Source: Gordius albopunctatus (lineage: Eukaryota). From it: DNA of 64,000 nucleotides. The stretch is from assembly GCA_964276515.1 (NCBI GenBank), contig OZ193909.1, forward strand, positions 3,472,001-3,536,000. Reading direction: 5' to 3'. Each line of letters opens with the position of its first letter. Within the stretch, counting starts at the first letter, position 1. Shown here one piece after another: positions 27,698 through 41,100 of this stretch. Position numbers and translations under genes: made by a program. The notes under the pieces were generated by a model. That model was not told the DNA's origin. It saw nothing but the letters and a program-made list of their open reading frames with translations, and searched no databases.

Positions 27698-29869
27698 GTT
27701 TCAAAGAAGAAAACAAGGCAAAATAGTTCCTGGAAATTCAAGCGTACGCATGTCTAATGCTTTGGGTCGAATGTATACTGTTCATCCCAATAACTCCGAA
27801 TGCTATTTTTTAAGAATGTTGCTCCACAATGTCAAAGGACCAACATCATTTCAATCCATTAGAACTATCTATGGTGAAGTGTGTGACACATATAGACAAG
27901 CATGTCTCAAACTTCGCTTGCTTAAAAATGACCAACATTGGAATACGACATTAGAAGAAGCATCGCTCACATGTCTCCCGCACCAAATACGCACTTTATT
28001 TGCGATCATTTTGACAACTTGCGCACCATCTAATCCAAAATATCTTTGGAATACCCACAAAGAAAGCCTGAGTGAAGATATCCTTTTACAAGTAAGTAGA
28101 GTTCCGAGGACATCTTCAATCGAGCTCTTATATTACTTGAGAACATTTTTCTATCCACAAACAATAAAATGTTATGTCAGCTCGGATTGTCTGCACCTAA
28201 ACGTGATAGAATCAATGATCACGACAGTGACTTATGGCGTGAAAAACAATACGACGTGGCTCAACTACAATTGTTTGTTAACGCTCAGGAAATGACCAAA
28301 AACATGCCTATAACACCGTCATGAAATGCGTCACAAACGGTAACGGAGGTCTACTTTTCCTAGATGGGCCAGGAGGAACCGGAAAAACATTTTTTCTTAA
28401 TCTTATATTGGCTGAAATTCGGAGAAATGATAAAATAGCTCTCGCTGTCGCGTCATCGGGCATAGCAGCCACGTTACTCGATGGAGGCCGCACAGCGCAT
28501 TCAACTTTCAAACTCCCATTGAATCTAAATATAAATGAAACCCCTACTTGCAACATCAGTAGGAACTCGGATATTGCCACAGTACTAAAAACATGCACAA
28601 TCATCATTAGGGATGAATGTACGATGGCAGATAAAAAAGCACTCGATGCGCTGGATCGTACACTCCGAGATTTGAGACAGATTGCACGTCCTATGGATGG
28701 AGCTCTCTTGCTGCTAGCCGGTGATTTCAGTAAAACCTTGCCAGTCATCCCAAAGTCAACACCCTCGGATGAGCTCAATGCTTGCCTGAAAGTGTCATAT
28801 CTTTGAAGAAGTGTGAAGATAATCACGCTAACCACCAACATGCGTGTTCATTTACTTCAAGATGATTCGGTGCAACCATTTGCTAATCAACTGCTGGACT
28901 TGGGAGACGGTAAATTTCCAATTGAACCCACAACGCACGAAATATTATTTCCATCGCACTTTTGCAAAATACAGTCATCAATTGAAGATGTCGTAAATAT
29001 GGTGTTCCCGGAAATTGCTATTAACTTCACAAATCACGACTGGCTTTGTGAACGGGCTATCTTGGCTCCGAAGAATGACGATGTCAACAGAATAAATAAT
29101 CGCATCCTATTGAACATAATTTTTAAATTTATTGGAACTATCGGGAATGCCAGCTCACAAATTGACTCTGAAATTGGTTCACCTATAATGATCCTTCGCA
29201 ATTTAAATCCACCTAAGCTGTGTAACGGAACCAGACTTGACGTAAAACAACTACTGTCAAACGTCATTGAAGCGACAATTATCAGCGGTAAAAGTAAAGG
29301 GGAAGATGTACTGATTCCGCGCATGCCAATGCCTCCAACCGATTCGAATTTAAGCGCCTACAGTTCCCTGTGCCCTTAGCTTTTGCAATTACAATTAATA
29401 AAGCCCAAGGACAATCACTAAGCGTTGCAGGATTGAATTTGGAAAAACCATGTTTTTCACATGGTCAATTATATGTTGCTTGCTTTAGAGTTAACACACC
29501 GAAGAATCTGTTCATTTTCGCACCTGATGGAAAAACCAAAAATGTCGTATATCCTCTCGCATTGCGATGATCACCCGTCCTGCGAATATATCATTACTCC
29601 GGCCTGTTATGTGGTATTATTTTTAAATGTTTACTTTTTTGATGTATTATAACGTTATGTTGTATTCGTACGCGTTGCACTGTATACGGAAATAGAACAA
29701 TAGAAGTAGAATATACAGACATCAAACTTTATTTTTACTTCAATAACCGCTTTATCATCATATATGCCCTAAAATTCCAACATAATTTAATACACCCGGG
29801 TAAATAGCAAAACAACGTTTGCCGGGTTCATCTAGTATATATATATATATTATATATATATTTACTACT

Positions 29870-31495
29870 AACATAGTAATTTATTTTTATTTATACATAT
29901 ACTAACAAACTAACCTACTAACAAATGAACACGTAACCTCTGGTTATCGTGGCCCGAGATGGACCGCATAGGTGTCAGATGGGACTTAATCTTAGCTTGC
30001 CGATTTAGCTAAGCTCTTGATATCATCGGGACAAATACATACATACATACATACATACATACATACATACATACATACATACATACATACATACATACAT
30101 ACATACATACATACATACATACATACATACATACATACATACATACATACATACATACATACATACATACATACATACATACATACATACATACATACAT
30201 ACATACATACATACATACATACATACATACATACATACATACATACATACATACATACATACATACATACATACATACATACATACATACATACATACAT
30301 ACATACATACATACATACATACATACATACATACATACATACATACATACATACATACATACATACATACATACATACATACATACATACATACATACAT
30401 ACATACATACATACATACATACATACATACATACATACATACATACATACATACATACATACATACATACATACATACATACATACATACATACATACAT
30501 ACATACATACATACATACATACATACATACATACATACATACATACATACATACATACATACATACATACATACATACATACATACATACATACATACAT
30601 ACATACATACATACATACATACATACATACATACATACATACATACATACATACATACATACATACATACATACATACATACATACATACATACATACAT
30701 ACATACATACATACATACATACATACATACATACATACATACATACATACATACATACATACATACATACATACATACATACATACATACATACATACAT
30801 ACATACATACATACATACATACATACATACATACATACATACATACATACATACATACATACATACATACATACATACATACATACATACATACATACAT
30901 ACATACATACATACATACATACATACATACATACATACATACATACATACATACATACATACATACATACATACATACATACATACATACATACATACAT
31001 ACATACATACATACATACATACATACATACATACATACATACATACATACATACATACATACATACATACATACATACATACATACATACATACATACAT
31101 ACATACATACATACATACATACATACATACATACATACATACATACATACATACATACATACATACATACATACATACATACATACATACATACATACAT
31201 ACATACATACATACATACATACATACATACATACATACATACATACATACATACATACATACATACATACATACATACATACATACATACATACATACAT
31301 ACATACATACATACATACATACATACATACATACATACATACATACATACATACATACATACATACATACATACATACATACATACATACATACATACAT
31401 ACATACATACATACATACATACATACATACATACATACATACATACATACATACATACATACACACATACATAGACTTTACTTTATATATATAGA
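29870..31495 (-). mobile_element. Microsatellite-carrying non-autonomous Helitron-like element (only the 5' end is defined)
   Basis: The minus strand reads A|TCTATATATATAAAGTAAAGTC-(TATG)n-TTTGTCCCG, followed by a cttagc..gctaag palindrome. This is the usual 5' layout of microsatellite-bearing non-autonomous Helitrons. No 3' CTAG/hairpin found. Confidence 0.6.
30035..31473. repeat. (ATAC)n tetranucleotide microsatellite, ~1.44 kb (~360 units)
   Basis: Uninterrupted atac units, with one acac variant near 31463. Confidence 0.99.
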
Positions 31496-33020
31496 TTCTC
31501 GTGTCACGGTGTTTGTTATTAAACTCCTCCGAAACGGCTGGACCGATTTAGATGGAAATTTCTGCGAATGATTGGTAGGTCTGACCCTAGGTTTTGAACT
31601 AATTTAAAATCTATAAGTCATAAGACGGTCAGGTTATTTAGTTTTATACGTCTTGACGTTTAATAAAATGTCACTGAAACGCAACCTCATGACATACTAC
31701 GTATCTATCGTGTAGGTAGTGTAATAAATGCAGTAGGCATGTGTTGCGGAAAATGGAAACTTTTTACGCGCTTTGAAACATTAAATATCAAAGTCATTTT
31801 TTTGCTTATTTTTCACGTCGATTATTATTATTATAGAACGGTCGTGGCCTCTCCTGCGTGGCTAAATAAATTAAAAAGTCTAATTTTGTAATTTTTTGCC
31901 CGTTAAATAAGGAGAGAAATGAAAATACTTTTAACAAAGTGCCAATAAATGTTGATATATCTCAGTTCTTCGGACATTATTAAGTTCAGAATTAAAAGTT
32001 TTATTCAGAAACGAATAATTATAATTATGATATTGTTTCTTAATTACAAAAAATTAAAAAAAAATTTCTTGAAGGGCCAGGGGGCCAAAGATTTTTTCCT
32101 TGGGGGGGGGGGGGCTTGGGCCAGACTATGGCCTCAAAAAATACCATTTTGTAGGTCTCTAGCGATAGCTTTACAAAAATGTATCCAAAACTTAATGATT
32201 AATTTTTGATTATAGGTAAATTTGACTTAAAAAATTTGCTTGGGGAGGGGCAAAGGTGCAGAATTTTGCACAACGCCACACCTTATAATAAAAATATCAA
32301 TTATTTGTTATTTTTAGTTAAATAAACTATATGCGTATCCGTATCCGCCTTTTGTTTATATTTAATCATAAAGGCAGGCGCGATATTTTTATTTGATTAA
32401 CGAGCATAAAAATATATAACTGATCCACTATTTTGCAACACTCTTTTAAAACCTTTTTATAAATTGACGCTCCCTTTGCCCATGCCCTTTAAAAAATATT
32501 TAAGATTAAGGTTTATTTTTCACGTCAATTATTATTATTATATAACGGTCGTGTCCCCTCCTGCGTGGCTAAATAAATTAAAAAATCTAATTTTGTTATT
32601 TTTTGCGCGTTAAATAAGGATAAAAATGAAAATACTTTTAACAAAGTGCCAATAAATGTTGATATATCTCAGTTCTTCGGGCATTATTAAGTTCAGAATT
32701 AAAAGTTTTATTCAGAAACAAATAATTATAATTATGATATTGTTTTTTTAATTACAAAAAATTAAAAAAAATTGCTTGAAGGGCCAGGGGGCCAAAGATT
32801 TCTCCCTTGGGGGGGGGGGCATGGGGCCAGGTTTTCTCTCTTGGGTGGGTCTGGGTCTTGGACCCTCTTTAACTATTCGTTTAAAATTTTTTTTCATAAT
32901 AAACACTTATCAATTATATTTGATATATTCTTAATCTATTGAAATTTATCTATAAGATAATATATATTCTGCTAATACACCCGAGTAAATGGTAAAACAA
33001 CGTTTGCCGGGTTCATCTAG
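31496..33020 (+). mobile_element. Non-autonomous Helitron of family A
   Basis: 31496-~31710 is closely similar to 19233-~19450. The 3' end acacccgagtaaatggtaaaacaacgtttgccgggttcatCTAG-T matches 29792-29835. Internal ~320-bp direct repeat at ~31800-32120 and ~32510-32830. Confidence 0.88.
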
Positions 33021-33029
33021 TATAATTAT

Positions 33030-34116
33030 AAATTTTGAGTTAAGTACTTTTTTGCTATGTTTCTTCTGACATGAGCCTAGCATACCACAACCATTTTATC
33101 CCCAAAGACAGCTTTAAAAGCATTATGAATTGCACTGGCTGCATCAGTGATAAGGACTTCAAAAACTGTATTTTTATTACTTAATTTAATGACCTCAATA
33201 GTCAAACTTTGAAACATGAACTTGAAGTCTTCCTCGGTTTCATGAGAAACCACACAAACCCCCAAGGGATAAAATTTTTTGTCAAGATCTGAGAGACCCT
33301 CAACTAGAAGTGGAAAACCTTGCCACATAATTTTATAAGTAGCATCAGCATGCAATACTTCTGAAAGGTGAGAGTTTAATAGCAACCTAAAAAATATATA
33401 AAACAAACAGTAAATATTTCTTATTACCTTTTGGTTGAAATAAAAAATTTGAATCTTCCATCTTCATAAGATACTTCATAGGCAATTATGTAGGGAGTGT
33501 CCTCTTCCAAAGGAATTGACGAATTATTACTTGGCCATAATTCTTGTTGCCCTAAGCTTATATTTGAGGCATCGTACTTTATTTTCCTGAGTGTTGTCAA
33601 AATATTTCTCAATTTATGCATTGAGGGTGATGGCAGATTAATCTTATTGATGTTGTCTAATAAGGATTTTGGTTTTAGACCCAATTCAAACATACGATGG
33701 ACTTCAGTTTTAACAGAATCAACAATTTTACTCAAGTTTGAAGGAGTAGATTGATGGGTGCGCAAAGAATTAGCATTATACACAATAACTCTTTGTGATG
33801 TTGATTCGTAAAGCAAAAAACATCGTGCTTCGCATTGCACTCCGCTAAACTTTACTTGATTACATCTAAGTCTATTTAAATATTATTTAAAATTACATTA
33901 CCTGTAATACATTTATGCCTTCCTCAGTTTTATTTTGGTACCAGCCTTATATATTTTCGGCTTTAAGAGCCCTTTTGCCTCACACTCATTATCATAGGTG
34001 GCTTTTTTTACACATTCAATCGATCTGTACAACTGCCTGCTATGAATTTCAACTCATGAGCTTTCTGCTTCTTCCTCTTCGTCTGATAAATAAGGTGAGT
34101 TTTGTTGGACTTCCAT
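33030..34116 (-). pseudogene. Mutator/MULE-type transposase relic, truncated where it meets the Helitron 3' end
   Basis: VLHADATYKIMWQGFPLLVEGLSDLDKKFYPLGVCVVSHETEEDF..LITDAASAIHNAFKAVF..C*AHVRRN matches the MULE D.TY / D / CxxH pattern. Upstream RCNQ..CEARC Zn-finger-like segment. 41-nt GT-AG intron at 33427-33387. Contains stops. Confidence 0.8.
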
Positions 34117-34261
34117 AATTAAGCAATTAAAAGAATGTATGTCAAATTGGTGTAAGATCTTGGCGCCAGAGAACGCCAGTTATTGTTCGATCACAATGTC
34201 ATATTAAATGTTATATATAAAACAGACAGCTTAATTTGCTTGAAAATTTATAAAATCTTTT

Positions 34262-34664
34262 GAATACTTAGCATAATATATTTATAAACCTAGCATATAA
34301 TTAAATACTTAGCATAATTTATATAAATACTTAGCATAATTTATATAAATACTTAGCACAATTTATTTAAATACTTAGCAATAATTTAAATACTTAGCAT
34401 ATAATTTAAATACTTATCAAAACATTAAAATACTTCGCAAACAAATAAAATACTTAGCAAATATATAAAATATTTAGCAAAACAATAAAATACTTAGAAA
34501 AATTCATTTAAATACTTAGAAAATGAATAAAATACTTAGCATTTGAATTTAATACTTAGCTATAATTTAAATACTTAGCAAACAAATTAAATACTTAGCA
34601 AATGAATAAAATACTTAGCAATGACGCTAAAAATACTTGTGAATTTGAACAAAATACTTAGCAA
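34262..34664. repeat. ~19-21-bp minisatellite with core AAATACTTAGCA, ~20 copies
   Basis: Seen directly. It lies just upstream of the MULE gene and may be its subterminal repeat array. Confidence 0.9.
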
Positions 34665-34971
34665 ATAATTTGTTGTACAAAAAATATACTAATTTCCAAT
34701 TTATCAGTTATGGTATGGATAAAATTTGGATATCACAAAATAAATTTATAATTATGAAAATATGCACATCTTTTTCGTTCTCGAATCTCAGCGATTATTT
34801 TGCAAAAATAACTAATATATTTATATATACGGCTTTGACCCAAACTAAATTATTATATCAAAAAGAATCAACAGCCAATCAGATGAAAGATTTGAATCAA
34901 AAAGTCGCTAATTTAACTTGCTTTTAAATACTGTAATTAGAGCATTTTCATACTTATCTATGTTATATATA

Positions 34972-35798
34972 TCAAGGAAAAAATTGTATCAATTGAAAAC
35001 CATTCATATACACAGAGGAAATGCGATTCAATTTTTACGGTCAATGATGAAATCAAATCGAGAAGACCAATTGAAAGACCAAGTCAGATATGCAGTTCGA
35101 TACGTACGCATGAACAAGACTAACTTCCGACGATCGTGCTGAGAGAGAGAGTCAACACTCGGGTCGGAGGAAGTTATCTTGAAGGGTATGGTGTTGTGGT
35201 TGCGCATGCGCAGGATTATGAGCAGCCAAGTCTTCTATGCGCATGCGCGCGCAGTATACCATGCTATCATAATCGTCTCTCCCCTCTCTCCCCTCACTTT
35301 GTTATTCGCGTACTAATTCCAGCAGCGCTAACAAGTAATGCGTAAATTAATAAGATCATTGTACTTCTATACACAGTTGATCGTTTCGATATATGTAAAA
35401 TCTAGGAATATAATATTATTAGCGCACCTATATATTTTTCTTCGCGCGAATACGCGAAATTTATGAATTAAATATTCGGATAAAATATATTGAAATATTC
35501 AGATTGAATAAAATAAAATAAGGTAAGAACTATAAAATTTTATTATGTAGCAGTTAGTTTGTATTAACCAGAAAGTAATTGTAAATTTAGACTCCTTGTA
35601 AATTTTTTACACTTATTAATAATTTTCCTCAATAAATAAAGTATTAATAAATTTTTTATAGCAGGTTTTACAAAAATTTAGCATTTTAAATATTTGTAAA
35701 TAAAAAATTAAGTTATAATTTTGCATTTTATAGATTTTGAGGAATAGGTTTTCTTTCATTCATTCTTATTTATCAACTTCTAAATTTATAAAAATTAC
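34972..35798. repeat. ~830-bp repeat of unknown class, copy 1 (copy 2 at 55345-56172)
   Basis: The two copies differ at only a handful of positions (tcaaggaaaaaattgtatc...tttataaaaattac). Confidence 0.92.
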
Positions 35799-36009
35799 GA
35801 AAGGAACGCAAATAGAGGGTATGACCTTGGGAAAGCCAATAGTCATCGTTTCAAAACGTACGACTTCCAATTTAGAGTTTTTTTGATACTGTATACATTT
35901 AAACAATTTATTGTAGGCGACCCATAATTTGAATTTTGACTATTGACTCTATTCAAATCATGCGCATATGTATAGTATAAACAAGATATTAAAAAAACGA
36001 AAAATATTT

Positions 36010-37650
36010 CCAGTCAGACTTTGGCCAGTAGTCATTTTTTCCGTTGGTCAGCAGACGGCCAAATAGCCTATAATTATAATATATAAAAAAAATTGATATA
36101 CAATTTGGCCAGTGGTCATTTTTTCTAATAGTCATCAGTCAGCAGGTAAAAAAGCGTCTAGATACGTTCGGGCCAAATATTAAAAAAATGGAAAAAAAAT
36201 TCCAATCTCACTTTTGGCCAGTGGTCATTTTTTCCATTGGTCAGTAGCCAGGAGACGGTAAAAAAGCCATATTATCAATGGCATCAACAAGAACAATATA
36301 TTAATTTTAAAAAAAAATCGGGCCTTCGGCCCTCGTGGGAAGGGGGAGGAGAGAAGGGAAGGGGGAAAGGGAAGTGGGGGGGGACTCATCTATACTCCGT
36401 ATAAATGTAGCATATTTGCTATGCAATTTATGGGCGTTATATGCAAAATTTTTATACAAATTTTCCATCTAATTAAAAAATATGGGCGAGAAAGGTGGGA
36501 AGGGGCGAAAATGCCTATAGAGGGCTATTAAATGCAAAATGATTAGCTAATTATTTATACAAATTTTCCATTTAATTAGAAAAAAATTCCCTCGCCGGGA
36601 TTCGAACCCACATTAAATAGAGGCATAAGACTTTGTAGGGGCACAGGGACCCATATCAGTAGAAGCATAGGCACTTGTAGGGGAGAGCATAGGGCAATTT
36701 ATCAATGTTAACCTATTCAAAAACGAAAAATTTCGATTTATTTGGCCAATGGTCATTTTTTTAATTGGTCAGTAGCCAGCGGAAGGTCAAAAAGTCATAT
36801 TATCCATGGTATTAACAAGAACATAATATTAATTTAATTTAAAAAAAAATTTATGGTAAGCCGTTGCTATAACCACTCTTACCATGCTGGAATTAAAATA
36901 AAAGAAGTTTTTATGTTTATTTATATAGATAATGAAATTATAAAGATGTGTTTTATTTATGTTTATTATATAATAAAATGAAACAATAATAGAAAATCAA
37001 TATATTATACATAATTTAACAAATATCAACAAGAACAAAATATTAATTTAATTTAAAAATAGGCACTTGTAGGGGAGGGCATAGGGTAATTATCAACGTT
37101 AACCTATTCAAAAACGAAAAGAATGATTTTGGAAGGAGCATTTTGAAATTTTAGCCTTTACTTAAGCAATATGGCCAATGTTCATTTTTTTTATTGGTCA
37201 GTACCAAGAGACGGTCTATAAATACATGCGAGTCAAAAAAACGAAAAAAAATTTCGAATTACAATTTGGCTAATGGTCATTTTTTTCTCCATTGACCCGT
37301 ACCAAGAGACTGTCTATAAATACATACCAGTCAAAAAAACGAAAAAAAATTTTAAATCACAATTTGGCCAATGGTCATTTTTTCCATTGGTCAGTACCAA
37401 GAGACGGTCTATAAATACATACGAGTCAAAAAAAACGAAAAAAAAAATTCGATCCACACTTTGGCCAATGGTCATTTTTTTCCATTGGTCAGTACCAACA
37501 GATACTCTATAAGTCAATGTTAGCTAAAAAAACGAAAAAATTTTTTTTGATGCTCACTTTAGCCAATGGTCATTTTTTCATTGGTCAGTAGCCAGCGGAC
37601 AGCCAATAAGCCATATTATCAATGGTAGTAACAAGAACAATATATTAATT
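36010..37650. repeat. Modular repeat array with core TTGGCCA(A/G)TGGTCATTTTTTCCATTGGTCAG, including ~80-bp tandem units at ~37170-37650
   Basis: About 10 copies of the core. Further arrays at ~56480-56770 and ~58045-58525. Confidence 0.85.
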
Positions 37651-37671
37651 TAAAAATAGCTTCAATAGATA

Positions 37672-37850
37672 CTAGGTTCGTACCCGCACGTATCTCGTTT
37701 TAATTAAAAAAATCGATAACGAGAGAGAGATGTTGTGGGGAGGAGACACGCGTGTGTATTACTATTCTAACACAGCGAGGTAGATAGAGATGAGGGGTGG
37801 GGCACCTCTTATGCATTAATCACTTAGAGCAATTCCCCTCCTTATCTATA
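37672..37850 (-). mobile_element. Possible short non-autonomous Helitron relic (duplicate at ~58548-58726)
   Basis: The minus strand ends ...cgtgcgggtacgaacCTAG-T, resembling a Helitron 3' terminus. The hairpin is incomplete. Confidence 0.3.
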
Positions 37851-38160
37851 CTGTTGGTGCAAGACATTTGGTGCGTGACAACACATTCGGTGCGTGACAA
37901 GACATTCGGAAAATGGAAAGCGAGCCCATAAATTGCATAGCAATTAACAAATGGAAAGTGAGCCCATAAATTGCATAGCAATTAATAAACAAAAAATTTC
38001 CCCACGCCGACATTCGAACCCACATCAGTAGAGGCAGAGGTCTTTGTAGGGGGGGGCACAATTAATAATAGGAGAATTAAACATAATATTTTGGGAAATT
38101 AATTGTAATTTATATAGGTCGTTAGAAGGTTTCATGGACGTAGCTAGCAATTAAATTAGT

Positions 38161-41100
38161 CTCTTTCTCTATCGTGTTGAAAATCCCACATGCGGGGTAC
38201 GTTTTCAGCAGCCTCTTCCATCTGAGTCGCGTAAATGCCATGCCAATTTCCATCTGTTTGATGTCCATATCCTTTTCGACCAGTCGTTTCCAGGTGGCAC
38301 GTGGTATGCACCTTCCTCTTCTTCCAGGCACTTCCATATCCAGCGTTCGCCGTGTGACATCGTCTTCGTCTCTTCGTAATACATGGCCGTACCACCGCAG
38401 TCGATTTTCTCTTAAGAAGTCCTTCGTCGCTTGTATACCCATCTTTGTCATCAAGGATTCGTTCGTCATGCGATCCAGCTTGGTGTAGCCTAAGCTCCAT
38501 CGCACCATTCTCATTTCCGTGACTTGCAAGAGTTTCTCCTCCGCGGTGGTTACAGTCCATGTTTCGCTCCCGTAAAGCAAGACCGGTCGCACGATGGTTT
38601 TGTACGCCTTGCTTTTCAACCAAATTGGTATCTTTTTGTCACACATGACACCGGAGATGCTGCGCCACTTGAGCCATGCTTTCTTGATTCGAGAATGGAC
38701 TTCGGCGGTACATCCTCCCTCTTGATGTAATAGCGAGCCAAGATATGTGAACTTATCAACCTCCGTGTACCTTGGACCGTCAATTATGTGCATTTGCAGA
38801 CTACCGCCCATCGTTTGCATGTAAACCGTTTTCTTCTCGCTGACCTTTAACCCGAATTCCGAGAAACGTTCTCACCATTTTTTCGCCTGAGGAAAAACCC
38901 CTTCTCTTGTTTCATCGCATAGGACAATATCGTCGGCATATAGCATAGTCCAAGGGGCTGGCTTGTGCAAGTCCTTTGTTATTGTATCCATAATTAGATT
39001 AAACAAGAATGGGCTTAACGCTGATCCTTGATGTAGTCCGATCATTATTCGGAAGGGTTTCGTTACTCCTACGGTAGTCCTAACAGATGCAACCGCGCCA
39101 TTATACATTTCCTTGATAAGTCGAACATATCCTTCGGGTATATTTCTGGCTCTAAGGGACCACCATATTAAGTCTCTCGGAACCGTATCGTAGGCCTTTT
39201 CTAAATCGATGAAGACCATGTGTAATTTCTTTCTTATGGCGCCATATTTTTCCATCGTCTGCTTCAACGCAAAGATTGGGTCCATCGTTGATTTACCGGC
39301 CACAAATCCAAACTGATTGGGCGAGAGACAAACTTCGTCATTGAGCCTTTTCACTAGCACCCTTTCTAGTAGTTTTAGTGAGTGGCAGGTCAACTTGATA
39401 CCTCTAAAGTTTCCACATTCCTGCGCCTCTCCTTTACCTTTGTATATGGGTATGATTGTACCTTCCCTCCATTGGTCAGGGATACGACTCTCATACAGCA
39501 TAGCGTTAAATAGGCCTGTCATTATATCGATTCCTTCTCCTTTGCACCCAAGCCAAGCTTCGATCGGTAGATCATCGGGACCTAGCGCTTTCCCTTTCCG
39601 CATCTTCGTTAGTTGCGCTACTATTTCATAAGCCTGAAATGGTAAAACCAAGTTCGAGTTCGGTTCCACCCTCTCTAGCGGTCTTCTATGATTCGTTTTG
39701 TTCATCATATTTTGGAAATAATCTTTCCATCTTTTGATGACTTCCTTCGGTTTGCACAACGTTCGTCCCTCTTCGCTTTTAATAACTTAAAGTGCCCCGA
39801 CATCTCGACTTATTTTCTCCCTGATCTTTGCGAGTTTATACATGACTATGTCGCCGCCCTTGGTATCGAGCTTGTTTGCCATCTCGGTGTAAGCCTCGTT
39901 CTTCGCTATCGCGACCGCTATCTTAGCTTTGCATTTCGCTTCACGATATGCCTCGTAGTATTCTCCTTTCTTCTTTTTGTACCATCGTAGGTACAACGCC
40001 TTCTTTTCTTCTATAACCTCTTTGACCGAGTCATTCCACCACCATAGTTCACGCTTGTGAGCTCTGCCGCCCTTAGTTCGTCCCAATATTTGAAAGGCCG
40101 TTTCCTTTAGAACATTTGCAACGGTGCCCCACCTTTTGTTAATGTCGCCCTCCAAGCCAGCAACCTTCAAGAGCGGAGTTGCTCGAGCGTGAAACATTTC
40201 ATTTGCATGATCATCCTTAAGCTTTTCGTACTTTGTCCTTGGTGTGTAGACTTTTCTCCTCACGGGAAAAATCTTTCTTGCTATATCGAGGACAACTGGT
40301 TGATGTTGTTTGGCGATTTCTTCCCCCGGTATAACCTTGCAATCTTTAACTTGCCACAAATTTTTGCGCTTCACTAATATGTAGTCGACCTGTGTAAGGT
40401 GATTTCCACTACTGTACATCGCTAAATGTTCGGTACGCTTCTGAAAGAAGGTATTCACAATGGCCATATCGTAAGCTTGCGCCATCTGTAGTAACTTCTC
40501 TCCCTCTTTATTTTTCACTCCATAGCCATGCCCGCCGTGATTTCGTTCGTACACGCCCCTTTCTTTCCCAACGTGCCCATTAAAGTCTGCTCCGATGATG
40601 AGATTCTCGTCAGGCTTCACGTAGCGTATTTCTTCTTCGAGCTTCTCATAGAATTCGTCCTTCTCGTTTTCGGAACATCCAACCTGGGGCGAGTACGCAC
40701 AAATAACATTGGCAAGGCCGCCTTGATCCGCCAGCTTTATGCACATCAATCTATCTGAGCATCGTTTGACTTCGACTACCTTGTCCTTAAAGGAATCGCT
40801 AAGCACTATACCGACCCCGTTCTTCCGTGATGGGGAACCCGAGTAGTATAGCTTGTAACCATCTCCTAGCTCCCTGGCTTTTCTTCCATGCCACCGCGTT
40901 TCTTGTAGACACGCTATGTGTATCCTTCGCCTTTTTAGCATCTGCGCAACCTCGATGCTCTTCCCCGTCAGCGTGCCCACATTCCAGCTAGCCACTCTTG
41001 TCCGTTCGACAACTAGGTTCCTTAACCGCCTTCGTTGTGAGTGAGGCGGTGACCCTTGTATACTTTTCACATTGCACGGGCGGATGATGCAATACGCGTC

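Larger units (their letters stand above)
22930..29835 (+). mobile_element. Helitron unit B: near full-length decayed Rep + PIF1-helicase gene with canonical 3' terminus
   Basis: Rep motifs YNTCFQMTSFG, RSYDALQYP, GSPRHM..YTQDAM, PDLFIT, MIHGPCG. Helicase motifs LFLDGPGGTGKT (Walker A), ASSGIAATLLDGGRTAHSTFKLP, LLAGDF, LCNGTRL, FAITINKAQGQSL, HGQLYVA. 3' end gcaaaacaacgtttgc hairpin followed by CTAG (29832-29835) then T. Intron 24825-24909. Many stops and frameshifts. Confidence 0.93.

Noticed and set aside
29992..31474. Four ~480-aa ORFs (MYVC and IHTY repeats)
   Set aside because: Translations of the stop-free (ATAC)n microsatellite, not genes.
36585..36615. tRNA gene suggested by GGGTTCGAATCCC on the minus strand
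   Set aside because: Only a T-arm/B-box-like piece; no D arm, anticodon arm or acceptor stem could be folded.
38872..39790. Programmed frameshift or stop readthrough in the RTE, since both duplicated copies share the lesions
   Set aside because: The sharing is explained by the recent duplication; the other RTE subfamily is open at these positions.
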